From: Bdellovibrionia bacterium | Lineage (GTDB): Bacteria; Bdellovibrionota; UBA1018 | Assembly (NCBI GenBank): GCA_040399745.1 | Contig: JBBARP010000001.1 | Coordinates: 234,617 to 298,616, forward strand | Direction: 5' to 3' | Length of the DNA stretch: 64,000 bases | In this document: positions 47,361 through 57,521 of the stretch, one piece after another | How positions within the stretch are numbered: the first letter of the stretch is position 1 | Layout: every line of letters begins with the position of its first letter | Program-made: the position numbers and the translations under genes | Notes under the pieces: model-generated | What the model saw: only the letters and a program-made list of their open reading frames with translations | What the model was told of the DNA's origin: nothing | Database searches by the model: none

Positions 47361-47442
47361 CTTGAAAGGGCTTGAAGCAAAAAAAAGGCCGTCGCCTGAA
47401 TCTGATTCCATGCGACACTGAATTCAAAGGGCCGAGCCAAGG

Positions 47443-48735
47443 ATGGTGTGGAGCACCCAGAAGGAGAAGATCAAGAAACTCTCCGAGCGCATCGTCGATG
47501 CGCAAAGGCCGATCCGTATCCTGGATGCGATCAAGTGGGACGCTTCGATCGAAGAAGAGCTGAGAAAGAGCAAGTTCAAGGAACTGCCGAAAGTCGACGC
47601 GGCTTACTACCAGTCCATTCCCTTGGGTTTTGATCCCGTTGCCAAGCTCGATGAGCTGAAAGCTCTCGGTCAGGACATTAAAACCGTGCTCGGGGCCGAT
47701 GACGAGCTCGGGCAGCTGATGGTGCGGATCACCGAGCAGTACCAAGACGTGGTCCACCTGCTTCTGGCGCGCGGAACTCCGAAGTTTCACGAGTTCTCTC
47801 GAAAGCTCTACGGCTCTCCGAAGGACTTCTTCTTCGGCGATAAAAATACCATTTCGGCTTTGGGGCAGCTCCTTTACGGAACGCTGACTCGGATCGAGGA
47901 TTCCGCCCTAGGGCAGCCACTTCCCGAGAATATCCCGGCCGAGCAGGTGGTGAAGACTCTGAATAAGCGGTTTCACGCTTACTTTCAGGACGACCAGGTT
48001 AAGGCCAAGCTATCGGACGGGATCGTAGCGGACGCGTCAGCGGGCAGTGACGTCGTCAAAATCAAAGAAGGCTCGCTGTTCTCCGAGCGCGATATCGATA
48101 TTCTGGAAGTCCATGAGGGCTGGGTGCACGTCGGGACGACTCAGAATGGCCTGAATCAGTCGGTCGCTAAGTGGCTTTCCAAGGGGCCGCCTCGGTGCGC
48201 GGCAACCCAAGAAGGTCTGGCCGTCATCATGGAGATCTTCACTTTCCGCACTTATCCGCGGCGGGCGAGGCACATCAATGACCGCATTCTAGGCATCGAT
48301 AAGGCCGAAGACGGCGCCAATTTCTTGGAACTCATCGAATTCTATCGAACCGAAGGGTATTCCGAGGACGACTGCATCGCGAACGCCAAGCGCGTGTTTC
48401 GCGGCGGGGTGGTGTCGGGCGGAGCTCCCTTTACCAAGGACATTGCCTACTGCCGGGGCTTTATCGAGAACTACAATTTCATGCGGGCTGCGATTCGAGC
48501 CGGTAAGCCGCAGCTCGTTCCGTTCTTGTTTGCGGGCAAACTGCATGTGGACGACGTTCCGCTTCTTTACCGAAAGCACTTGGAAGGGATCGTCGATGCA
48601 CCTAAGTACCTTCCGCCTCAGTTTGCGGACATGAATGGCATTGCCGTCTGGATGAGCTTTTCAAGTTTCCTGAATCTGGTGGATTTGAAGAGCATCCAGG
48701 AGCACTATGATAAATTATTCAGGTCGCATCTCTAG
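47443..48735 (+). CDS. QEGLA-motif / DUF1704 (MATCAP-like) metallopeptidase
   Basis: HEGWVH (HExxxH), TQEGLA, RVFRGG, FTKDIAY. Confidence 0.88.
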   Translation: MVWSTQKEKIKKLSERIVDAQRPIRILDAIKWDASIEEELRKSKFKELPKVDAAYYQSIPLGFDPVAKLDELKALGQDIKTVLGADDELGQLMVRITEQYQDVVHLLLARGTPKFHEFSRKLYGSPKDFFFGDKNTISALGQLLYGTLTRIEDSALGQPLPENIPAEQVVKTLNKRFHAYFQDDQVKAKLSDGIVADASAGSDVVKIKEGSLFSERDIDILEVHEGWVHVGTTQNGLNQSVAKWLSKGPPRCAATQEGLAVIMEIFTFRTYPRRARHINDRILGIDKAEDGANFLELIEFYRTEGYSEDDCIANAKRVFRGGVVSGGAPFTKDIAYCRGFIENYNFMRAAIRAGKPQLVPFLFAGKLHVDDVPLLYRKHLEGIVDAPKYLPPQFADMNGIAVWMSFSSFLNLVDLKSIQEHYDKLFRSHL

Positions 48736-48772
48736 CATCGGCGTTTTTGCGCTCTCAGGGAGGATGGGGGAA

Positions 48773-49612
48773 ATGAAAAAATTCGCGTCTCAGCAAATGG
48801 GTTGGGTGGCAATGGCTGCTCTGGTGGTCTCGGGAATTTCTTCGCAGGCAGGGGCCGCGACCGGGGAAGTCGCTACGGTGGACGGCGTTTCCATCTCGGG
48901 CCAAGAAATTTTCGATGCGGTGAAGTTGGGCAGCGAAACCCAAAAACGCACTTTCCTGAAAGACGCCATCGCCAAGCGCCGCGTTCTGGATTCGATCATC
49001 GATGAGCGCCTCCTGGCATCGCGCGCTGAAAAAGACAAAGTGGATCAAGATCCTGAGTTCCAAGCGGCTTTGGCGCGCATTAAGCGCCAGCTCATGATGG
49101 AGCGCCTGGTTGCTAAACAATTGGCAAACAAGTCCACGGCTGCCGCTGCCAAGAAATTCTACGAGCAGAACAAGGCTCTGTTCTCGATGGACCGGATCGC
49201 GGTTCAGCACATCCTGGTGGACGACTATAAGCGTGCCGTTGCGCTGAAGGCCGAAGCAGAGAAGGCGGGCGCGGATTTCCAAGCCCTGGCCGAAAAGAAC
49301 TCGAAAGACCCATCGGCCAAGAATAATCGCGGTGATGTGGGTGTGATTGGTCGCGATGCTCCGTTTGCTGACAGCTTCAAGTCAGTGGCTTTCCGCACTC
49401 CGGTCGGCAAAGTGTCTGATCCGGTCAAGACCGACTACGGTTGGCACTTGATCAAGGTGACTCAGCTCGAGAAGGGCCGCACCCAGACTTTCGAGGAAGT
49501 CGAAGCGCAAGTGGTGACCCGCCTTCGTCAACAGCTTCTGGGTGAGTACCTCTTGAAGCTGCGCGAGCAAGCCAAGATCCAGATCAACGATCAAGCCATC
49601 GAAAAGCTCTGA
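48773..49612 (+). CDS. Periplasmic parvulin-type (PpiC) peptidyl-prolyl isomerase
   Basis: Signal peptide, VATVDG, QHILV, FQALAEKNSKDP, GDVG, VKTDYGWHLIK. Confidence 0.9.
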   Translation: MKKFASQQMGWVAMAALVVSGISSQAGAATGEVATVDGVSISGQEIFDAVKLGSETQKRTFLKDAIAKRRVLDSIIDERLLASRAEKDKVDQDPEFQAALARIKRQLMMERLVAKQLANKSTAAAAKKFYEQNKALFSMDRIAVQHILVDDYKRAVALKAEAEKAGADFQALAEKNSKDPSAKNNRGDVGVIGRDAPFADSFKSVAFRTPVGKVSDPVKTDYGWHLIKVTQLEKGRTQTFEEVEAQVVTRLRQQLLGEYLLKLREQAKIQINDQAIEKL

Positions 49613-49625
49613 AGTTTCGATCGTC

Positions 49626-51047
49626 TCACCCGCCGTTGTAATCGCGGGCGTTGATTCCGTACTTTTCCAGCTTTCGAAGCAGTGTCTTCTTCGGGATGTT
49701 TGCCTGAAGAGCCGTTTGATTGATTCTGCCTTTGAACTTTTTCAAAGCCTGAATCAAGAACTCGCGCTCGAAGGCTTCCTTGCTGCTTTGGAAATCCAGC
49801 GGCACTGAAACGGACACTCGGGTGTCGTCCGTCGGTGTTGTCGCCTGGCTCGGCCCAGTGGGAGTCGAGGCTGGCGCAGAACCCAGGCGTACCGAAGTCG
49901 GTAAGCTATCCCAGGCAATGAGATCGCTCACTTCGATGACGAAGGCATGTTCCACGACGTTCTCGAGTTCGCGGATGTTCCCTGGCCAGGAGTGGTTGCG
50001 AAGGGCTTCCAAGGCTTCTGGCGTGAAGCCTTGAACCGAGCGGCTGTGGCGCGAATTGAATTTCGCGACAAAGTGATCGGTCAGAGGCTCAAGGTCATTC
50101 TTTCTTTCCCGAAGCGGCGGAAGAACGATCGGTAGGACATTCAGGCGATAAAATAGGTCCTCACGGAATTGACCGTCCCGAATCATCTGTTCCAGATTTC
50201 GATTGGTCGCAGCCACGATCCGGACATTCACTTCAATCTCGCGATTCGAGCCGACCGGAGTGAATCGCTTTTCCTGCAGGGCTCGCAGCAGCTTCACCTG
50301 CATGGCAGGCGAAATATCGCCGATTTCGTCCAGGAAAAGGGTTCCGCCGTCAGCGTACTGGAACATGCCGATTTTTCGGCTGTCGGCGCCCGTGAATGCG
50401 CCTTTCTCATGACCGAAGAACTCGCTCTCGATCAGGTTCTCAGGAACAGCCGAGCAGTTCACCGTGACAAACCGTTGATCTTTCCTGGTGGAGTTGTGAT
50501 GCAGGGCTTGGGCGACCAGTTCCTTTCCCGTACCACTTTCCCCGCGAATCAAGACGGCAGTGTCCACGCGGCAAAGCTTCGTGATGATCGAGAAAATTCG
50601 CTGCATCCCGGTGCTTTGGCCGACGAACTCGGAGCCCCCTGGGAGTCGTACCTGGGGCGCAGAAAGAGCAACGTTCCTCACTAAGTTCCGGGCTCGTAAG
50701 GCGCGGTCCACCAGGGCCACGAGGTTTTCCGATCGAATCGGCTTCTCTAGGTAGTTCCAAGCGCCTTCGCGAGTGGTCTCGACGGCGTCGCGCACGTTTG
50801 CAAAAGCAGTGAGTAAAATCACGATGATCGATGGGTCGTGGGCTTTGATTTCTTTCAAAGCTTCGCTGCCATTCATGCGCGGCATATTCATGTCGAGCAG
50901 GACCAGATCGTATTTCCCAGCTCGCACGCGGTTCACGGCTTCTTCGCCGTCCGAAGCGTAATCCACTTCGTGGCTGCTTTCGGACAGAGCAGAACCGACG
51001 GTGCTTCGAAGATCGCGATCATCATCGACGACGAGGACTTTAAACAT
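49626..51047 (-). CDS. NtrC-family sigma54-dependent response regulator
   Basis: Receiver (VVDDD, LLDMNMP, EKP), GESGTGKE, GAFTGA, WPGNIREL, HTH. Confidence 0.93.
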   Translation of the reverse strand: MFKVLVVDDDRDLRSTVGSALSESSHEVDYASDGEEAVNRVRAGKYDLVLLDMNMPRMNGSEALKEIKAHDPSIIVILLTAFANVRDAVETTREGAWNYLEKPIRSENLVALVDRALRARNLVRNVALSAPQVRLPGGSEFVGQSTGMQRIFSIITKLCRVDTAVLIRGESGTGKELVAQALHHNSTRKDQRFVTVNCSAVPENLIESEFFGHEKGAFTGADSRKIGMFQYADGGTLFLDEIGDISPAMQVKLLRALQEKRFTPVGSNREIEVNVRIVAATNRNLEQMIRDGQFREDLFYRLNVLPIVLPPLRERKNDLEPLTDHFVAKFNSRHSRSVQGFTPEALEALRNHSWPGNIRELENVVEHAFVIEVSDLIAWDSLPTSVRLGSAPASTPTGPSQATTPTDDTRVSVSVPLDFQSSKEAFEREFLIQALKKFKGRINQTALQANIPKKTLLRKLEKYGINARDYNGG

Positions 51048-52965
51048 GCGTTCCTCCTGAGTTCGAAAGTTCTTGGGGGAGCTCGATCTGGAAAGTGCTT
51101 CCTTTTCCGGGGTGGCTTCTCACGGAAAGCTGTCCTTGATGGGCTTCTACGAAATAGCGGCTCAGGTAAAGCCCCAATCCGGTTCCCGGAACCTCCAGAA
51201 CTCGTGGATCCGATCCTCGGTAAAAGCGGGAAAAAACCTGGCTCGCTTCGGCTTCGGTCAAGCCGATGCCGTTGTCCTTCACTGAAATTTGTACGTTCTT
51301 TCCAGCTTCTCGCGTTTGGATCACGACTTGACCGCCATCGGGGGAATACTTCAGGGCGTTGTCGATCAGGTTGGAAATCACCATCGCCATCAAGCGTGGA
51401 TCCATTTGAATCGGGAAGAGCGGCTCGAGGTCGGCCTCAAGCTGGATACCCCGCCGCTCAGCCTGCGGGAGAAAGTCTTGAGTCAGGCCTTCAATCAAGC
51501 GATTCAGATCGCGGCTCTCCAGGCGCAGCTTCGGCGCCTCGGATTCCAGTCGGCTGAGTTCCAGGATGCTCGTGATGAAGCGGTTCAGATCGTCGGTGGA
51601 ACGCAAGATTCCCTGAAGCGGCTCGCGTTCGTCCTCGTTGGGAAGATGGGCGCGCGGATTTTCTATCCGCCGTAGAAGCTGCTCGGTCAGCCCTTGGATT
51701 CGGGCCACTGGGGTCTTCAGGTCATGAGTCACGAGCGAAAGAAAGTGACGCTTCAATTCTTCGACTTGTTGCAGAAGTTCAGCCTTCCGTTGGTACTCCC
51801 AGCGGCTCCGAAATTCCCGGATCAGGCGGTAAGGCACCGCTAAGTAAAAGGCCAGGAGTGCGCCCAGTAGCGGATGGCTCAGCCGGATCCAAAAGGAACT
51901 CCATGAGAAACTGATGAATCCCAGACCCAAGATCGTGAAGATCACGGTTGCAGCAAACGCCAGGCCTCGAAGTGGCGAGGTGACTAAGACCCCGGCACAA
52001 ACCAGAAAGATGGCCAGGAAGGTCAGGGTCGCGTTTTGCCAAGGCTGAGCGCGGATGACGCCGTCGTTTCGATTGAGCGCGTCCCAGATCGCACCGTGAA
52101 CGGCTAGCTTCGGTTGAGTGAAGGCTTGGCGGCTCAAGGGAGTCGAAGTGAAATCGCCGGCATCCTGTCGAATCCAGCTCCCGATCAGGACCGTTCGATC
52201 CCGGAAAATTTCAGGCGAGACTTTGCCTTCCAAGACCTGGCTTGCACGAACCACGGGATAAGGAATTTTCTCGGAAGAGAAGCCCTGGGGGTACCGGAAA
52301 AAGACTAATCGCGATCCCGGGTCGTCCAAAGTGTAGGAACCTTGGGTTGGGAACGGAATCGAGGCTGCTGACTCCTGGATTCCGAGAGCCAAGATCGAGT
52401 GAAAGCTGGGACGTCCCTCAAAGGAAACCCAGGCTCGGCGCGTGACTTTATCTTCGGCAAAGACATTGCCGTCCCGATGAATCACTGCGAGCGCGTGAGG
52501 CAGATCGCTGAGCGGCCAAGGAGGCAAGACCTCTCCGACCACGTCGTAGGAAGTTCCGAGCAGGAAGCGGCTGCCCTGGTTTTTCATAGTCCTTGCGGCC
52601 TGCACCAAGCGTTTGGCCTCGCTCAAGCGAAGTGTGGGATCCGTGACTTCGTGGCTGCGGGAAAGGTCCGTAAGCAGTCCCACGCTCTTTGGATGGGCTT
52701 TTACGAGGAACTCAAGAAGGCGAGCGTGGCTGGATAACGAAAGAGGGGGGAGCTCGCCGAGATCAGCGGACGAGGCATCGTCCACTGCAACCAGGATTAG
52801 ATCCGATGCGGCTTGTGGGCGAGAGGCATAGCGAATCCGAGCATCGTAGAGCTCGGCCTCGAGCCGATCCCAGCTGATCGATTGAAGGCCTGCCGTCAGG
52901 AGAGCGGCAAGAGCCGCTACCCAGGCTAGTCTTCTTTTTCGAAGTTCGGGACGGGAAGTAGTCAT
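51040..52965 (-). CDS. CHASE2-domain sensor histidine kinase
   Basis: 'LYDARIR..ILVAVDD', 'VLIGS', three TMs, THDLKTP, NLIDNALKYS, DNGIG, GTGLGL. Confidence 0.88.
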   Translation of the reverse strand: MTTSRPELRKRRLAWVAALAALLTAGLQSISWDRLEAELYDARIRYASRPQAASDLILVAVDDASSADLGELPPLSLSSHARLLEFLVKAHPKSVGLLTDLSRSHEVTDPTLRLSEAKRLVQAARTMKNQGSRFLLGTSYDVVGEVLPPWPLSDLPHALAVIHRDGNVFAEDKVTRRAWVSFEGRPSFHSILALGIQESAASIPFPTQGSYTLDDPGSRLVFFRYPQGFSSEKIPYPVVRASQVLEGKVSPEIFRDRTVLIGSWIRQDAGDFTSTPLSRQAFTQPKLAVHGAIWDALNRNDGVIRAQPWQNATLTFLAIFLVCAGVLVTSPLRGLAFAATVIFTILGLGFISFSWSSFWIRLSHPLLGALLAFYLAVPYRLIREFRSRWEYQRKAELLQQVEELKRHFLSLVTHDLKTPVARIQGLTEQLLRRIENPRAHLPNEDEREPLQGILRSTDDLNRFITSILELSRLESEAPKLRLESRDLNRLIEGLTQDFLPQAERRGIQLEADLEPLFPIQMDPRLMAMVISNLIDNALKYSPDGGQVVIQTREAGKNVQISVKDNGIGLTEAEASQVFSRFYRGSDPRVLEVPGTGLGLYLSRYFVEAHQGQLSVRSHPGKGSTFQIELPQELSNSGGTHV

Positions 52966-53044
52966 CGGGTGAACACCCCAGGAGTCAGGCCGAACGGCCA
53001 GACAGGGCCTTTCTTAAATCGAAACCAATGAAAAGCCAAGTCCC

Positions 53045-53060
53045 CGGCATTCCCATTGCA
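53045..53060 (+). promoter_or_regulatory. Sigma54 (-24/-12) promoter of the SPW-type gene
   Basis: CGGCAT-TCCCA-TTGCA, exact GG-N10-GC with TTGCA, 40 nt before ATG 53101. Confidence 0.7.
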
Positions 53061-53100
53061 ATCCGGAGGGGTGTCACCCGGAAAACAGGAGAGGTTTCCT

Positions 53101-53496
53101 ATGATGTCCCTCAAGACCCACAATCTTTTCGATTACGCAGGGGCGGCCTTCCTGGCCCTTTGTCCCTGGATCTTCGGCTTTCAGTATGTTGACCCCGCTC
53201 GGGCTGTATTCGTGACTCTCGGCCTATCCTTGGCCGTCTATAGCGGTCTGACTCGGTATCGCTACTCGCTGGTGAAATTCATCCCGCTCGGTGTCCATAT
53301 GTTCCTGGATGCGGCGATCGGGGTCATCCTGATGCTTGCGCCGTCGATCTTTGGCTATCGGGACCTGATCAGCGGCTCGCAGTACTTGCTCCACTTCGTT
53401 TGCGGGCTCGGCGCCCTAGGCTTAGTGGCCTTTACCCGGCCGCGTGCCGAGGAAAGCGTCACCGGTCAGCGAGAGCCGCTGAAGCGGGTGGCCTGA
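53101..53496 (+). CDS. Small membrane protein (SPW-repeat type)
   Basis: 'THNLFDY...CPWIFGF', 'YSGLTRY...KFIPLGVHMFLD...APSIFGY'; AGGAGAGG SD. Confidence 0.75.
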   Translation: MMSLKTHNLFDYAGAAFLALCPWIFGFQYVDPARAVFVTLGLSLAVYSGLTRYRYSLVKFIPLGVHMFLDAAIGVILMLAPSIFGYRDLISGSQYLLHFVCGLGALGLVAFTRPRAEESVTGQREPLKRVA

Positions 53497-53521
53497 CCAG
53501 GCTGACCCCAGCCCCCTCAAA

Positions 53522-55915
53522 TCAGGGGGCCGTGGTTTCCCGGGTGGAGGGGGGCCAGTGGAGTTCGCAGCTTTCGGCTGAGGGCTCCCGGCTCGGGCTG
53601 AGGAGGGTGACCAGGACCTGCGGGTCAGGGCAATCTTCCTCAGCCCTTTTCCCCGTGAAGCGATCGATTTTGGAAGTCTTTAGGCTCGGGCTGAGGGGGA
53701 AAACGAGGGGAGGCTCTCCCTCCAGAGCGTTTTTCATAAAGCGAGTCCAGATGGGGAGTGCCGCGTTGGCGCCCGTCAGCTTTCCGGTGGGGCCCTTCTT
53801 GTTGCCCTCTTGCGCAGGATCTTGATCCTGCCCGAGCCACACCACGGTGGTCAGTTGCGGTGTGTAGCCGGCAAACCAAGCGTCACGGTGGTGGCTGGTG
53901 GTTCCCGTCTTACCTGCGGCGGGGCGGTCCCAGCCCTGAGAGGCAGCCGAGCGAGCTGTGCCTTCGGTGAATACGTCGCGAAGAACGTTCGTGATCAAAT
54001 CGGCCCCAGCCGGTGAAACGACTTGTTTTGGGTTTTCTACAAATCTTGCGTATTGAGCGCCATCGTCTTCAGTAATCGCGCGAATCACGGTGAATTCGTG
54101 CAACAGACCATGGTTGGCCATCGCGGCATAAGAGCGCAGAAGCTCGACCGGTGAAAGCTCTGCTACTCCAAGCGACAAGGAAGGGACCTCTTTGAGGGGC
54201 TGCTCGATTCCGAGAGCGCGTGCTGTAGCAGCCACGTTGCCTAAGCCCACTTGAATGCCGAGTTTTGCAGTGACCGTGTTGACGGAGTGGGCCAGCGCCG
54301 TCCGTAGGGGGATCCAGCCCAAAAACTCCTTGTCGTAATTGCGTGGCTCCCAAGTTTGAAGGCCACGATCAAAGGTGAGTTTCCAGGGAGCATCTTCCAT
54401 CGGATAGGCCGGTGAATAAGTGACCCCAGATGCATCTTTCCCGCTTTCAAATGCGGCGAGGTAGACAATGGGCTTAAAGGTCGAGCCTACTTGTCGCCGC
54501 ATATTTAGAATGCGGTTGAAGGTGGAGCGACGGTAATCCGCTCCTCCCACGAGTGCGCGAATGCGCCCGTTCGTGGGGTCAACCGCAGCAAGCGCTCCTT
54601 CTAAGCGTGCGCCCTCTTGGAGACCGATCAGCTGCGTGGCGGCTTGAACTCCGTCGGTCACCGCTTTTTGGGCGTGTGTGTTCAGGATGGGGTCAAGAGT
54701 CGTATAAACACGAAGGCCAGCCGCTGCGATTTCGGATTCGGCAAAACGATCTTTCAAGCGATTCGCGAGCTCTGCTTTGACGAAATCGGTGAAATAGGGC
54801 GCTTGGGTGGCGCGGCTCACCGGAGGAGCGAGGTGGACGGTCTCGGCTTCTGCGAGACGCGCTTCCTGCTCAACGATCTGACCGGTCTCGACCATTTTCT
54901 TCAGCACGAGGGTTCTGCGTTCAAGCGCACGGTCGAGATGGCGATAGGGCGAGTAAAATCCTGGGCCGCGAATCAGGCCGGCCAAGAGTGCGCACTCTCC
55001 CAAGTTCAAATCACTCAGGCGCTTCCCAAAGAAGTGCTTGGCTCCCTCGGCCACTCCATGCACTTCCAAATTACCGACTTGCCCGAGATAAACTTCGTTC
55101 AAGTAGCGCTCGAGAATTTTTTCTTTGTCGTATTTGACCTCTAAAGCCAAGGAGAGAAAGAACTCGCCTGCCTTGCGGAAAAGGTTTTTCCCGCGCCGGA
55201 CCATCAAATTCTTCACGAGCTGTTGGGTGAGCGTGCTCCCGCCTTGTGCCAGAGAGAGCGTTCTCAGGTTTACCCAGACGGCGCGCGCAAGACCCCGAGG
55301 GTCGAAGCCTTTGTGTTCCAGAAAGTGCTGATCTTCGACTGCGATGATGGCTTGCCAAAGCTGCGCGGGAATTTCGCTAAACGGAACGAACTCGCGAATT
55401 TGGTTTTTTCCTTCCGACCCTCCGTCGGGAGCAAAGGTCGCGACGAGTTCCGGCTCCAGATAAAGCTCGCTCACTTCTTGGCCTTCGACTTCGACCGATC
55501 CCAAAAGCGCAGAATCGCCTTCTCCATCGAAAGCCAGATTCACTTGTTTTCCGGTGGCCTTCAAAGTCGGGTGGTCGTCAGGAAGAAGGTACGTCGGGTA
55601 CTGAATGGGGCGCAGGGTGAAGCTCAGGGCTTCTGGTCGGTCCTGGTAGCGGTAGCCCAATCGTTCCAACCGCACCCGCAGAATCCCGCGAGACATGGGA
55701 GGACTGATTCGGGTCAGATCGGAGTAAAGGCGTGTCGGGATGAAGGTGCTGGGCTCGAGAAAGGCCTTCTCCAGTTGTCGAAAGGAAAAGACCAAACTGG
55801 TCAAAAGTCCGAGGACGGTGAGAGTCGCCAGAACCAAAAGAATCACGCTACCCGAACGATCGCGCTTCAAGGAATCTCCTTGACTGCCCGAAGGGCGGTC
55901 AATAGAACCTTGCAT
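53522..55915 (-). CDS. mrcB: Class A penicillin-binding protein (PBP1B-like)
   Basis: TM, UB2H-like region, GT motifs EDQHF..HKG and GGSTLTQQLVK, TP motifs STFK, SVN, KTG. Confidence 0.9.
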   Translation of the reverse strand: MQGSIDRPSGSQGDSLKRDRSGSVILLVLATLTVLGLLTSLVFSFRQLEKAFLEPSTFIPTRLYSDLTRISPPMSRGILRVRLERLGYRYQDRPEALSFTLRPIQYPTYLLPDDHPTLKATGKQVNLAFDGEGDSALLGSVEVEGQEVSELYLEPELVATFAPDGGSEGKNQIREFVPFSEIPAQLWQAIIAVEDQHFLEHKGFDPRGLARAVWVNLRTLSLAQGGSTLTQQLVKNLMVRRGKNLFRKAGEFFLSLALEVKYDKEKILERYLNEVYLGQVGNLEVHGVAEGAKHFFGKRLSDLNLGECALLAGLIRGPGFYSPYRHLDRALERRTLVLKKMVETGQIVEQEARLAEAETVHLAPPVSRATQAPYFTDFVKAELANRLKDRFAESEIAAAGLRVYTTLDPILNTHAQKAVTDGVQAATQLIGLQEGARLEGALAAVDPTNGRIRALVGGADYRRSTFNRILNMRRQVGSTFKPIVYLAAFESGKDASGVTYSPAYPMEDAPWKLTFDRGLQTWEPRNYDKEFLGWIPLRTALAHSVNTVTAKLGIQVGLGNVAATARALGIEQPLKEVPSLSLGVAELSPVELLRSYAAMANHGLLHEFTVIRAITEDDGAQYARFVENPKQVVSPAGADLITNVLRDVFTEGTARSAASQGWDRPAAGKTGTTSHHRDAWFAGYTPQLTTVVWLGQDQDPAQEGNKKGPTGKLTGANAALPIWTRFMKNALEGEPPLVFPLSPSLKTSKIDRFTGKRAEEDCPDPQVLVTLLSPSREPSAESCELHWPPSTRETTAP

Positions 55916-55989
55916 ACCTTTCCAGCGCGAGCAAGTGCACGTTCAGAAAAGGCATTTTACTTCCAAGCGGGATTTCACAGGGGGCCGAG

Positions 55990-57510
55990 ATGATTCAACG
56001 GAAGGCGATTTCTCAGTGGGTGTTTGCAGCAGTAGCTGGCCTCGTTTTGGCCTCACCCGCGCAAGCCCTCGATCTCGATTGGAGCGGCCAGTTCTGGTCG
56101 GAAGCTCATTGGGTGAGCGGCTACACTTTGGGGAATGGGCAGCTGCCCGATGCCCGCGCCACGGCCGGTGGCTACACCGTTTCGGGCGGCGGGTCTGACT
56201 CGGCTCACTTCCAAACTCTTTTTGCGCGCCTGCGGCCCCGGGTGGTCATCAATGACAACGTCTACCTGAAGAGTGAATGGTGGGTGGGCGATCCGATCTA
56301 TGGCTTCTTCGGTGGATCGGCACCGTATCCTACGGATCAGCGCCAATATTATTCGAATCAAAGCCGGGGCTCTTCGATCACGGCTCAGCGTCTTTGGCTT
56401 GAAGTGGTGTCGGACGTGGGAACTTTGCAGGTGGGTCGGGCTCCGTTGCACTGGGGACTCGGCTTGGTCTGGAACAGCGGCGAAGAGTCCTTCAGTCGTT
56501 ATCCTTCCACGGGTGACGTGGTTCGCTTGGTGTCGAAGTTTGGCTCTTTCTCGTTTGTTCCTTCGATCGTGAAGTACTCGCAAGGGAACTCCATTGGCGG
56601 TGCTTGCTCTTACGGCGCCAGCTGCGTGCCGACTGCAGGACGCCAGACGGTTTCCGATTACTCGCTTCAATTGAAGTACGAGAACGCGGACGAAGACCTC
56701 GAAGGCGGAGTGAATTTTGTGAAGCGCATCGCCGCTTCGGCTCAATCATCGACTTCCGGTTATCAGGGCGTGACCGGGGTCGGCGCAGGCAGCCACTTCA
56801 ATACTTGGGACCTCTACGGTCGCAAGCGTTGGGGCAAGCTCTCGCTGGCAGGCGAAGTCCCTCTCGCTTCGGGCGATTTGGGCGGCGTGAAGATGGACAC
56901 TTTCGCCTTGGCGACTGAGGCGGGCTATCAGTGGAGCGACTCTTGGTCGACTTTCCTGAAAGCAGGCATGGTGCCCGGACAGAAAAACATTTCTGGAGCC
57001 ACTCCGAGTACGTTTGACGCGTTCTACGTGAACCCGAATTACAAAATTGGTTTGATCCTGTTCAACTATGCGTTGAACCGCTTCAGCGGTCCTTCGACCA
57101 CGAACGATCCGCAGACTTCTGCTTCGAATCTGCAATCCATTTACGACAACCCGATCACGAACGCGAATTACGTGGCCTTGGGCGGAGCGTACCAACTGGA
57201 TAAATGGCGTTTCCACACGAACTGGGTGTACGCCACGGCACGTGAAACGGCGCAGCCGAATTCGAGCTACTTCAACTCCTGGACTCGCACCTATAAAACG
57301 GCTGCGTCGGGTGTGAGTGCCCAGAGTTCGAGCTTGGGCTTAGAAGCCGACTTTGGCGCCACCTTGAAATACGATGACGCCCTCCAGGCCGGCTTAACGT
57401 TCGGTTGGTGGATGCCGGGCGACTTCTTCGCTTTCTCGAACGTCGCAGGTTCGCCGAACGCGACCGACTCGGTCTTTGCCTCGGTTCTCAGTCTGACCGT
57501 TGGATTCTGA
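55990..57510 (+). CDS. Outer-membrane beta-barrel / porin-like protein
   Basis: Signal peptide ending AQA, 'GRAPLHWGLG' motif, amphipathic strands, C-terminal Phe (LTVGF). Confidence 0.75.
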   Translation: MIQRKAISQWVFAAVAGLVLASPAQALDLDWSGQFWSEAHWVSGYTLGNGQLPDARATAGGYTVSGGGSDSAHFQTLFARLRPRVVINDNVYLKSEWWVGDPIYGFFGGSAPYPTDQRQYYSNQSRGSSITAQRLWLEVVSDVGTLQVGRAPLHWGLGLVWNSGEESFSRYPSTGDVVRLVSKFGSFSFVPSIVKYSQGNSIGGACSYGASCVPTAGRQTVSDYSLQLKYENADEDLEGGVNFVKRIAASAQSSTSGYQGVTGVGAGSHFNTWDLYGRKRWGKLSLAGEVPLASGDLGGVKMDTFALATEAGYQWSDSWSTFLKAGMVPGQKNISGATPSTFDAFYVNPNYKIGLILFNYALNRFSGPSTTNDPQTSASNLQSIYDNPITNANYVALGGAYQLDKWRFHTNWVYATARETAQPNSSYFNSWTRTYKTAASGVSAQSSSLGLEADFGATLKYDDALQAGLTFGWWMPGDFFAFSNVAGSPNATDSVFASVLSLTVGF

Positions 57511-57521
57511 TCGGGAGTTCG

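Noticed and set aside
47424..47440. TGGCTCGGCCCTTTGA on the minus strand as a sigma54 site
   Set aside because: The -24/-12 spacing is off by one base, which sigma54 does not tolerate.
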